Source of the DNA: the human T2T-CHM13v2.0 reference genome, Homo sapiens
Direction: 5' to 3' (one strand)
NCBI RefSeq assembly: GCF_009914755.1
Contig: NC_060932.1
Length of the DNA stretch: 64,000 nucleotides
The notes under the pieces were generated by a model. That model had not been told where the DNA came from and ran no database searches. It saw only the letters and a program-made list of their open reading frames with translations. This document shows positions 35,917 through 48,226 of this stretch, one piece after another. The stretch's first letter is position 1, and each line of letters begins with the position of its first letter. The translations under genes and the position numbers were made by a program.

Positions 35917-36948
35917 TGTAGGGTAAAGAAAGAGAGATCAGACTGTCACTGTGTCAATGTAGAAGGGGAAGACATAAGAGACTCCATTTTGAAAAAGACC
36001 TGTACTTTAAACAATTGCTTTACTGAGATGTTGATCATTTGTAGCTTTGCCGCAGCCCCTTCCTTTGACCCAACTTAGAGCTCACAAAAACCTGTGTTGT
36101 ATAAAATCGAGGTTTAAGGGATCTAGGGCTGTGCAGGACGCGCCTTGTTAACCAAATGTTTACGAGCAGTATACTTGGTAGAAGTCATTGCCATTCTCTA
36201 GCCTCAATAAACCAGGGGCGCAATGCACCGTGGAAAGCCACAGGGACCTCTGCCCTTGAAAGCAGGGTATTGTCCAAGGTTTCTCCCCATGTGACAGTCT
36301 GAAATATGGCCTCGTGGGATGGGAAAGTCCTGAATGTCCCCCAGCCTGACACCCGCAATGGGTCTGTGCTGAGGTGGATTAGTCAAAGAGGAACGCCTCT
36401 TGCAGTTCAGATGGAGGAAGGCCACTGTCTCCTGCTTGCCCCTGGGAACTGAATGTCTCGGTGTAAAGCCCGATCGTTCATTTGTTCAACTCTGAGCTCG
36501 GAGAAAAGCTGCCCTGTGGCGGGAGGCGAGACATGTTGGCAGTAATGCTGCCTTGTTATTCTTTACTCCGCTGAGATATTTGTGTGGAGAGAAACATAAA
36601 TCTGGCCTACGTGCACGTCCAGGCATAGTACCTTCCCTTGAACTTAATAATGATATGGATTCTTTTGCTCACGTGTTTGTTTTTTGTTGTTGTTTTGACC
36701 TTCCCCTTATTATCACCCTGCTCCCCTACTGCATTCCTTTGTGCTGAAATAATGAAAATCATAATCAATAAAAACTGAGGGAACTCAGAGGCCGGTGCCG
36801 GTGCAGGTCCTAGGTGTGCTGAGTGCCGGTCCCCTGGACCCACTGTTGTCTCCCTATACTTTGTCTCTGTGTCTTATTTCTTTTCTCCGTCTCTCATCCC
36901 ACCCGACTAGAAACACCCACAGGTGTGGAGGGGCAGGCCACCCCTTCA
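35917..36948 (+). mobile_element. Solo LTR5A, unit 4
   Basis: Same termini and TSD; haplotype B. Confidence 0.95.
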
Positions 36949-37562
36949 CTTGGAAAATCAGTTACACACAAACACGGAATGAGAGTCAAAAGACAATATG
37001 TCATCTTTTTGAGAATTTTATTCACTTCAAAACACATTAAACACACATATGTACAAAGGCATTCCAGAGCCCAGTTTTCGAGGCTGAGGAAAGACCCCGA
37101 GAGCGCTTCGCACAGCACGCTTCCCAGCGTCCGAAACTCTGCTCTCAGGGCGGGGCACAGCGGAAGGGCTGCACCTCTCAGGGTTCCCTAACTTTTCCCT
37201 TATTCAGTCATCTAGAGAGCAAATACACAGTAATTCCCCAGTTTCCTATTGACGTCCCAGCGGAAGTCTGACTCCTGCGCGTCACGCAGTTTCTGAGGCA
37301 ACGAATCTCTGGCACGGAAGCTTTTCCTGGCGCGTTTCCGGAGAACCACGCCAACTACAACGTCCCTCACCAGAATTCAATGAGGCAGAGTCCCTACATC
37401 TGCTCCCTGCCTGGCCTGGGCTCCCACATCCACAGAAGCGCCACAGCCGGGGAGCTTCGGAGTCACCGCACAGAGTGTGCTCTCTGCTCTGCGCTCCTCA
37501 GTCCCACAGTCCCCTCCAAGTCACGGGAGCTGGAGGCCAAGGAGCCCCTGCCACCTGCAGTC

Positions 37563-40500
37563 TCACTCCAGGTCAGAATCGCTGTCCTCTGAGGAGGAGG
37601 AAACCTGAAGGTCCTCATAGAGGACGCTCGGTGGGACACGAACACAGGGAGCCTCAGACTTCTCTGACACATGAGGGCTCTGAGCGAGGAAGGCTCCCGG
37701 CTTCTCAGGAGAGTGAAATGAGGGGGCCGCCAGGAGGCTGGAGCTCCAGCGTCCGTTTTCCAGTCTCCGGAAGAGCACTCTGAGAGGCTGGGCCCCATCA
37801 TGGCTGGCCGCTGAGTGATGGGACATGGTGCAGGCCTGGGCAGTAGGCAGGCAAGGTGTGCTGTGCGGAGGCTGCCGGTCGACGCTGGGCACCTGGGCCG
37901 GTGTCCTCCTGCCCATCTGGGGCGACGTACTTGTTCCAAGTTCGGTTGCGGCTGGCGGAGGTTGGAGATTCTCCAGGGCCCCCAGCTCACCTCCCTGGAT
38001 GGCGCTTTCGGGGATCTGGAAGGGACCCAGTCTCGGTTTCTTGGGGAAGTTCAGGCAAGCCTGAATCGGAGCCTGGGCAGGTCTCTTGGCTCCTGGCCCG
38101 AAGCTGAGATTGGAGCCTAGGCCCAAGCTGTGTGTGGCGGCTGGCGGGCAGGGCTGTGAGGTCACCGCAGGACGTTTGTCTTGTGCCTGGGGTCTGGCGG
38201 CCTGGAGCAGGCCGTGGGTTTTGGAGGCAGCCTGGGGAACTTCTCGGCAGCCACCCTCAGGGCTGCTGTGTGTCGGCTTCACCACGAGGAGAGGCTCGCG
38301 GCCCTGGTGCCTGACTGCAGGCTGAGGCATGTCGGCCGCAGCCCCTGTCTGTCTTTCCTTTGGTCCAAGACTTGAGGAGGAGCTCAGGCTGGCTTTTCTG
38401 AGGGGAGACAGTGAAGCCAAGACGGAGCCCCTGCCAGACATTTCGGCAGCTGAGCGATCAGCGAGGACAGGGTCCACGCGCGGCCTCTTACTGGTTGTGT
38501 GGACCGGCATTGGCCCGCTTGCAACCTGAAAGAGAGGAAACAACACAGGTTAGAAGTTCCTCAGCATGGAGCCAACGTGAAAATCAAGCACATCCAAAGA
38601 CAAGGTGCACACGCCATGAAATTCTTAGTACAGTATCGACAGGCGGTCCTTGGAAGTAGGGACAGACCCTCCACCTGAGTGCTGATCAGGACAAGACACA
38701 TGAAAGATGCGCTCTCGAGCTATGTGTAGCTGATCTAAGCACACCATTGTTCAAAAGATCGCGTCTTGGGCATTAACTGGATCAAAGCGCCTCCACTCAG
38801 CCTTCCATGAAGTGGAACGGACTAATGCCCTTCCCGAGGCAGGTTGCTGGCTCAAGGGTACTCGGGACGTCTTCTCTGAACACATGCATGTTCCTGGGTT
38901 TCGCCTTCTCCACGTTTGGGGCCTCTGAGGGACTAATTTCCTCATGCCGCTAGGAACGTGTTGTTGGCAGGCTTGCCATAATTGGACAGAAAGAAAGCCA
39001 CAGGAAATACGGCATCTTCAGATGCCTTCGCCTGGAATCCAATTGACCTGGAAGGATCGTGGAGTCCCTGACCCCAAGAAGGCAAGAAAGAGGGGTTCCC
39101 CGATTTCCTCCCGCAGACGGGAAGCTGAAAGGAAATCAACCAGGGTGACCTAGAGGAGAAAAGGACCAGGGGCCCGGGGTGACACTCACCCTCAGATGAT
39201 CAGAAGATTCCGTGGATCCTTTTCCATTCGGCAGCGGCTTCTCTGGAGGTTTCCCGGAAAACATGTGGAGGAGAGCCTTCCTCTGCGGGTCTTGTTGCCT
39301 GCAGAACAGAAGAAGGTCAGGCGGTGCCCCCTGGTTTTCCCCAGGAGACAGGGAGAACCCCGTCTGGGGCCCAGCCCCATTCCGTGTTTTGTGATACAGA
39401 AATGGACATCTGGTGCCCTTTCCGCCTCTGCACCTTCCCTCACGTGCCAACCTTCCCATCCTCCAGGTGGCCCTCTAGGCTTCCGAACTAAGGACTGTGA
39501 TTTGGATTCCATCGCTTTTCCCCCTGTCGTGGGGAACCTGCACGAAGCGCCCCCGCCTCTCCCCGTCCCTGAATCTCCCAGAGCCCAAGGAGCTCCTGGG
39601 TGTGGAACCCCGGAGGACACGGAGCTCCGGCCTATTTCTCTGCAGCGCTCCTTCCCTGGCCCGGAGACGGAAAGGCACACGGTGTGCAGGTGCAGAGACA
39701 CCATGTCCTTAGGAGGCAGTACCCTAAGAGTGGTGAAAACCCCTCCCACTGCTCACCTTGGTCTCTCTTCCTTCTCTCCCTTATCCTTGTTCAAGGGCCC
39801 CGGGTTGGCTTCACCCCGGGGCTTCCATGGTTTCAGGTTTTCCTTCCCTTCCTTTTTCCCCAAGGTCGCTGGAACCAGGGCTGCCTTCCAGCACTTCATG
39901 GGGCACCTGGTACTTCTGGCCGTGTGGCCAAAGGCCCCGCAGTTTTTGCACTTGAGCTGTGGGTGGAAAGGAAGTGATGTCAGTGAGTGAGCTGAAGCCA
40001 CAGGCAGCGATCCCACGTCAACATTGGGACGGATTGTGAATTCAGAGCTGAATAAGGATTCCAAAGAGGGGACACCGGCATGGGGGCCGTTAAGTGCTGG
40101 GAGAGTTCGGGTACGATGTTCCCTCGCAAAGCCCATGGGACGGAGGAACTCTGAAAGGAAGGACTCAAGGTTCCAAGGGGCACGATGGTGAAGCCGATGT
40201 CAACAACGCAGCCAAACGTGGCTACACAGGACTCTAAGTAGAAAGGGAGGTTGCCCCCAAGAGTCTCTCAAGGGACCTATCGGGCCGGGGAGAAGGTCCC
40301 AAGCCACGCCCACCTTGGATGGGAAAAGCAACCTGGCTGGTGGTGACAGAACTCTTTGGAATCCAACCCAGTCTCTGAGGACCGTGGGACACCCCCTCCC
40401 CCCGTCCCCACCCCCACCCCGATACCCAAGAGATCCAGGGCTAGACTTACCCTGGGATCTTCTTCATCGGGCGGGGGAGCCCTTGGCCCAACTGGGGCCC

Positions 40501-40573
40501 TCCGCTGCTTCTGGAGGGTCTGGGCTCTCACCAGTCTCTTGGCCCAAGATTTGGGGTCCCGACGTGCCATCAT
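37563..40573 (-). CDS. FAM90A: FAM90A copy 4, 464 aa. Exons 40573-40451, 39956-39757, 39298-39190, 38525-37563
   Basis: Intact frame; GT-AG introns. Confidence 0.94.
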
Positions 40574-43567
40574 CTTCGTCTCCTGGGGGTTTTATGACCG
40601 CCTTTTTCAGGGGTGGACTGTTGGGCCACCTGAAACACACAGAAACACACACATGTCGATGGTTAAGCACGTTGGATATTCACACACCCACAGGAAGCCA
40701 CCTGCTAACTCCCTGCCTGTGTGGTCATGAGGAGACCTCACCACCAGTCGGTCAAATCTGTAGAACACAATGTGCTGTGTGCATCCTCGGATACTGTGTG
40801 TTCCTCTGCCATGACTACCTAGTCCAAGAGTAAACCCCACCTGCCACAGGGCCCGTGGCCTAGGTATGGGGGGTTGAGCTTTCAACCCCAAACAAACAAC
40901 TGATTCTGGAGACTGGACTTAGGTCTCTCACGATTCACTCCGGTAGAAGACACGGTGATTCTATCTCCCTTGACGGACAGAATGATCGAAGACACAGGGC
41001 ATGGCGTGTGCCACCCTTTGGCAGGTCTGCTTGAAGTCACGGATAAGGGATGCTTCCTGTGACAACTTGAATCGCTACTCTTGCCATTTCATTAGGCAAC
41101 TTCCAAACACAAATTCATACAGAGAAGTTACCTTCCTCTCTACCGCACTAGCAGGTGATGGTCTTTCCTGTTCTATCTTTTGGCTTTAGCTCCAGCACCT
41201 CTTTGTTTATTTTCCTGGTATTTTACGCATACCACACGAATTCATCTGAACAAACGGGGAAGAAGTGCCGTATCGTATCGACGTCTTACACGGCTGAAGG
41301 GCAAACCCCCCTTTTTTCCAAAGTCCTTTTTCCGTTTACCCACCAATTCAGCATGCTGCAGTACATTTCTTTTCGCATTCCCATCTTGGTCTTCTCCCAC
41401 ACGTGGAGACGGGTATGTTTTCTCGTTTTCTGTTCCAAGAATTACTAGTAACGAGAACACATCCTACCCCACCAGCAAGCCCCAGTGTGATCGGTTTCTT
41501 TCGGCCTCCTTTGTCTCTTCCTCCCCCACACCCCCCGCAAAAACCCCTCAGGGATTGCGTGAAACAAACAATTGTTCAGCGAAACTAACCTGAAATTACA
41601 CGTCTACTTTCTTTCCCAGGCTGGCGCTGAGATGGGCAGGTGCTGCAGCAGCCCGGCTGGAAGCGATGCAGCATCCAGGACGACGGAGGAAGGGGCGGAG
41701 AGGGACCTCTGCTTTCCAGGCTGCCTTTTATACTGCCTCTGGTCACCTGACATGGAACGTACCCTAACCTAATCAGTTACCTGTACCTTAATTGCAATTA
41801 ACTTAATCCAATTACATGACCTGGAAAGGTCTGTCTGCACAGCCCACTCTAAGATCATGTCCACTGCTGACAGACATTCTAAAACCTACTTGTACAGCTG
41901 CAAGCTTTGAACAATAGATGTTCCCCGTCAGACATGTAACACTGGTGCCTGTACCCCTGTCTTCTTTTCCATCTTTTTTGTTGTTTTGTTTTGTTTTGTT
42001 TTGTTTTAAAAAATGTGGTAAAATAGACACCTTTTAATTGGACCACATTTTGTCTATCTCGACGTAGGCCTCAGTGTCATCAAGGAGACTCTGCTTGACA
42101 TGCAGTCACGGCCATGATCCATCTTCAGAGCTTCTCTTTCTTCCCCAAGGTAAGTCTGTCAGCAGAGAACCCTGACCGCACCCTCATGTGTTTTCTCCCC
42201 CAGGAGGCGCTTGGAAACCACCGTGAATTGGACCGCACTGGGAAACACAGATGAGGAAAGTCAACAACGCTTTGTCCTTCAGTGCCTGGCTCCTTTTTCA
42301 GCTCGTCTTGCGACTCCAGGCATTATGCCTGAAAAGTCTCCCGGACGCCTGTGAGGCTGTAATTCCCTGGGTCCCATTGCCATGTCTCTGGATTTGCGAA
42401 GATCCACCGCACCTTCTGTGGAACTCCCGTGTCGGTGAACTTTTGTGCCACGGCCCCTAATTCTGCCCATGGTCATCCGCACCTGCACGACTTAGGGTCC
42501 ATGTTCCTTGGACGGGAAGAGACAGGCAGGAGTCGGAATGATGAACCAGCACACTGGGGCGTTTTCTCATGTAGCCCAAGTGACCCCATGGTCTTCTCGA
42601 GCTTTGGAACCAGTCGCGTCCCCTTTGACACTGCACCCGGCTCCCAGTCTCTCAATCTTGTTGGCCCTCCGGCGATCTCCCGTTGGATGGATTGCTCCTG
42701 CTGAAACTCGAGTCCCCTTTGATTTGCGCTTCATTAATTATTCATGATTCAGGTTGGAAGGCCTGCTGACGACCCCCTGTGGCCGTTCTCTGAGCTTTCC
42801 TGTCACATCGTTTCCTTCCACGCTCTTTGGTTCCTTATGGTCCTGCTCCTTCTGCTGTCAGAGGAGCAGAGAGTTGATCTTATTCATTCTGGATACGGAT
42901 ACTTTCTAGTTGATCTGGATAATCAAGATAACGACCCTCAACAGCGGCGGAAAGGGAGCAGCCAGTTGGTGTGTCTCAGAAAATCCCGCTGAGTTCCGAG
43001 GCCTCCTAGATGTGGAATCCTGCTGAGAGTTGTTCCCAGGTCAGAGAATGGAGAGAGCCTGTGCATGATGGGATATCCCCGCCTAGATCTTTCAGTGAGT
43101 CTCTGCCTCAGCTACTCTTAGGATCAGGGGGAGAACCATGGTGTCAGACATCCGGAAAGAAGACGGGATGAATGTTTTACCTCTGAAGTACATCCCAAAT
43201 GTGGGAGTTAACTTCAGCTTTGCTGGGGTCTATTTGGCCAGTGAAACTCTGCCTGGTTCCTTCGCACATCCGGAAGCCACTTCACGGGGGGCCGTCGCAA
43301 CTGGAACCACACACTTGGCATCGGCGGTTGAGCCAAATGGAGACTCGTGGTGCAAGCAACGCTCCCCACGTGTTAGCGTGCGTGAGATTCGGTTGGCGGA
43401 ATTTTACTAGGTGCGTGTTGGTAGAGTGGGGCTGAGGTTTTCTTGCTCCTGTGGATGTATAGGAAGTCAAAGGTCCTGCCCAGCCCTGCGGTCCCCTCAG
43501 TCAACTCTGTTTCGGAGACGTAACGATTTGGATTGCCAACAAGACAAGATATGTTCAAGCCCTTGGA

Positions 43568-44601
43568 TGTAGGGTAAAGAAAGAGAGATCAGACTGCCAC
43601 TGTGTCTATGTAGAAGGGGAAGACACAAGAGACTCCATTTTGAAAAAGACCTGTAGTTTAAACCATTGCTTTGCTGAGATGTTGATCATTTGTAGCTTTG
43701 CCGCAGCCCCTTCCTTTGACCCAACTTGGAGCTCACCAAAACCTGTGCTGTATAAAATCGAGGTTTAAGGGATCTAGGGCTGTGCAGGACGCGCCTTGTT
43801 AACCAAATGTTTACGAGCAGTATACTTGGTAGAAGTCATTGCCATTCTCTAGTCTCAATAAACCACGGGTGCAATGCACCGTGGAAAGCCACAGGGACCT
43901 CTGCCCTTGAAAGCAGGGTATTGTCCAAGGTTTCTCCCCATGTGTCAGTCTGAAATATGGCCTCGTGGGATGGGAAAGACCTGACTGTCCCCCAGCCTGA
44001 CACCCGCAATGGGTCTGTGCTGAGGTGGATTAGTCAAAGAGGAAAGCCTCTTGCAGTTCAGATGGAGGAAGGCCACTGTCTCCTGCTTGCCCCTGGGAAC
44101 TCAATGTCTCGGTGTAAAGCCCGATCGTACATTTGTTCAACTCTGAGCTCGGCGAAAAGCTGCCCTGTGGCGGGAGGCGAGACATGTTGGCAGTAATGCT
44201 GCCTTGTTATTCTTTACTCCGCTGAGATATTTGTGTGGAGAGAAACATAAATCTGGCCTACGTGCACGTCCAGGCATAGTACCTTCCCTTGAACTTAATA
44301 ATGATATGGATTCTTTTGCTCACGTGTTTGTTTTGTTGTTGTTGTTGTTGACCTTCCCCTTATTATCACCCTGCTCCCCTACTGCATTCCTTTGTGCTGA
44401 AATAATGAAAATCATAATCAATAAAAACTGAGGGAACTCAGAGGCCGGTGCCGGTGCAGGTCCTAGGTGTGCTGAGTGCCGGTCCCCTGGACCCACTGTT
44501 GTCTCCCTATACTTTGTCTCTGTGTCTTATTTCTTTTCTCCGTCTCTCATCCCACCCGACTAGAAACACCCACAGGTGTGGAGGGGCAGGCCACCCCTTC
44601 A
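43568..44601 (+). mobile_element. Solo LTR5A, unit 5
   Basis: Same termini and TSD; haplotype A. Confidence 0.95.
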
Positions 44602-45215
44602 CTTGGAAAATCAGTTACACACAAACACGGAATGAGAGTCAAAAGACAATATGTCATCTTTTTGAGAATTTTATTCACTTCAAAACACATTAAACACACA
44701 TATGTACAAAGGCATTCCAGAGCCCAGTTTTCGAGGCTGAGGAAAGACCCCGAGAGCGCTTCGCACAGCACGCTTCCCAGCGTCCGAAACTCTGCTCTCA
44801 GGGCGGGGCACAGCGGAAGGGCTGCACCTCTCAGGGTTCCCTAACTTTTCCCTTATTCAGTCATCTAGAGAGCAAATACACAGTAATTCCCCAGTTTCCT
44901 ATTGACGTCCCAGCGGAAGTCTGACTCCTGCGCGTCACGCAGTTTCTGAGGCAACGAATCTCTGGCACGGAAGCTTTTCCTGGCGCGTTTCCGGAGAACC
45001 ACGCCAACTACAACGTCCCTCACCAGAATTCAATGAGGCAGAGTCCCTACATCTGCTCCCTGCCTGGCCTGGGCTCCCACATCCACAGAAGCGCCACAGC
45101 CGGGGAGCTTCGGAGTCACCGCACAGAGTGTGCTCTCTGCTCTGCGCTCCTCAGTCCCACAGTCCCCTCCAAGTCACGGGAGCTGGAGGCCAAGGAGCCC
45201 CTGCCACCTGCAGTC

Positions 45216-48200
45216 TCACTCCAGGTCAGAATCGCTGTCCTCTGAGGAGGAGGAAACCTGAAGGTCCTCATAGAGGACGCTCGGTGGGACACGAACACAG
45301 GGAGCCTCAGACTTCTCTGACACATGAGGGCTCTGAGCGAGGAAGGCTCCCGGCTTCTCAGGAGAGTGAAATGAGGGGGCCGCCAGGAGGCTGGAGCTCC
45401 AGCGTCCGTTTTCCAGTCTCCGGAAGAGCACTCTGAGAGGCTGGGCCCCATCATGGCTGGCCGCTGAGTGATGGGACATGGTGCAGGCCTGGGCAGTAGG
45501 CAGGCAAGGTGTGCTGTGCGGAGGCTGCCGGTCGACGCTGGGCACCTGGGCCGGTGTCCTCCTGCCCATCTGGGGCGACGTACTTGTTCCAAGTTCGGTT
45601 GCGGCTGGCGGAGGTTGGAGATTCTCCAGGGCCCCCAGCTCACCTCCCTGGATGGCGCTTTCGGGGATCTGGAAGGGACCCAGTCTCGGTTTCTTGGGGA
45701 AGTTCAGGCAAGCCTGAATCGGAGCCTGGGCAGGTCTCTTGGCTCCTGGCCCGAAGCTGAGATTGGAGCCTAGGCCCAAGCTGTGTGTGGCGGCTGGCGG
45801 GCAGGGCTGTGAGGTCACCGCAGGACGTTTGTCTTGTGCCTGGGGTCTGGCGGCCTGGAGCAGGCCGTGGGTTTTGGAGGCAGCCTGGGGAACTTCTCGG
45901 CAGCCACCCTCAGGGCTGCTGTGTGTCGGCTTCACCACGAGGAGAGGCTCGCGGCCCTGGTGCCTGACTGCAGGCTGAGGCATGTCGGCCGCAGCCCCTG
46001 TCTGTCTTTCCTTTGGTCCAAGACTTGAGGAGGAGCTCAGGCTGGCTTTTCTGAGGGGAGACAGTGAAGCCAAGACGGAGCCCCTGCCAGACATTTCGGC
46101 AGCTGAGCGATCAGCGAGGACAGGGTCCACGCGCGGCCTCTTACTGGTTGTGTGGACCGGCATTGGCCCGCTTGCAACCTGAAAGAGAGGAAACAACACA
46201 GGTTAGAAGTTCCTCAGCATGGAGCCAACGTGAAAATCAAGCACATCCAAAGACAAGGTGCACACGCCATGAAATTCTTAGTACAGTATCGACAGGCGGT
46301 CCTTGGAAGTAGGGACAGACCCTCCACCTGAGTGCTGATCAGGACAAGACACATGAAAGATGCGCTCTCGAGCTATGTGTAGCTGATCTAAGCACACCAT
46401 TGTTCAAAAGATCGCGTCTTGGGCATTAACTGGATCAAAGCGCCTCCACTCAGCCTTCCATGAAGTGGAACAGACTAATGCCCTTCCCGAGGCAGGTTGC
46501 TGGCTCAAGGGTACTCGGGACGTCTTCTCTGAACACATGCATGTTCCTGGGTTTCGCCTTCTCCACGTTTGGGGCCTCTGAGGGACTAATTTCCTCATGC
46601 CGCTAGGAACGTGTTGTTGGCAGGCTTGCCATAATTGGACAGAAAGAAAGCCACAGGAAATACGGCATCTTCAGATGCCTTCGCCTGGAATCCAATTGAC
46701 CTGGAAGGATCGTGGAGTCCCTGACCCCAAGAAGGCAAGAAAGAGGGGTTCCCCGATTTCCTCCCGCAGACGGGAAGCTGAAAGGAAATCAACCAGGGTG
46801 ACCTAGAGGAGAAAAAGACCAGGGGCCCGGGGTGACACTCGCCCTCAGATGATCAGAAGATTCCGTGGATCCTTTTCCATTCGGCAGCGGCTTCTCTGGA
46901 GGTTTCCCGGAAAACATGTGGAGGAGAGCCTTCCTCTGCGGGTCTTGTTGCCTGCAGAACAGAAGAAGGTCAGGCGGTGCCCCCTGGTTTTCCCCAGGAG
47001 ACAGGGAGAACCCCGTCTGGGGCCCAGCCCCATTCCGTGTTTTGTGATACAGAAATGGACATCTGGTGCCCTTTCCGCCTCTGCACCTTCCCTCACGTGC
47101 CAACCTTCCCATCCTCCAGGTGGCCCTCTAGGCTTCCCAACTAAGGACTGTGATTTGGATTCCATCGCTTTTCCCGCTGTCGTGGGGAACCTGCACGAAG
47201 CGCCCCCGCCTCTCCCCGTCCCTGAATCTCCCAGAGCCCAAGGAGCTCCTGGGTGTGGAACCCCGGAGGACACGGAGCTCCGGCCTATTTCTCTGCAGCG
47301 TTCCTTCCCTGGCCCGGAGACGGAAAGGCACACGGTGTGCAGGTGCAGAGACACCATGTCCTTAGGAGGCAGTACCCTAAGAGTGGTGAAAACCCCTCCC
47401 ACTGCTCACCTTGGTCTCTCTTCCTTCTCTCCCTTATCCTTGTTCAAGGGCCCCGGGTTGGCTTCACCCCGGGGCTTCCATGGTTTCAGGTTTTCCTTCC
47501 CTTCCTTTTTCCCCAAGGTCGCTGGAACCAGGGCTGCCTTCCAGCACTTCATGGGGCACCTGGTACTTCTGGCCGTGTGGCCAAAGGCCCCGCAGTTTTT
47601 GCACTTGAGCTGTGGGTGGAAAGGAAGTGATGTCAGTGAGTGAGCTGAAGCCACAGGCAGCGATCCCACGTCAACATTGGGACGGATTGTGAATTCAGAG
47701 CTGAATAAGGATTCCAAAGAGGGGACACCGGCATGGGGGCCGTTAAGTGCTGGGAGAGTTCGGATACGATGTTCCCTCGCAAAGCCCATGGGACGGAGGA
47801 ACTCTGAAAGGAAGGACTCAAGGTTCCAAGGGGCACGATGGTGAAGCCGATGTCAACAACGCAGCCAAACGTGGCTACACAGGACTCTAAGTAGAAAGGG
47901 AGGTTGCCCCCAAGAGTCTCTCAAGGGACCTATCGGGCCGGGGAGAAGGTCCCAAGCCACGCCCACCTTGGATGGGAAAAGCAACCTGGCTGGTGGTGAC
48001 AGAACTCTTTGGAATCCAACCCAGTCTCTGAGGACCGTGGGACACCCCCTCCCCCCGTCCCCACCCCCACCCCGATACCCAAGAGATCCAGGGCTAGACT
48101 TACCCTGGGATCTTCTTCATCGGGCGGGGGAGCCCTTGGCCCAACTGGGGCCCTCCGCTGCTTCTGGAGGGTCTGGGCTCTCACCAGTCTCTTGGCCCAA

Positions 48201-48226
48201 GATTTGGGGTCCCGACGTGCCATCAT
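45216..48226 (-). CDS. FAM90A: FAM90A copy 5, 464 aa. Exons 48226-48104, 47609-47410, 46951-46843, 46178-45216; GC donor at the last intron
   Basis: Intact frame; last donor AGG|GCGAGT. Confidence 0.92.
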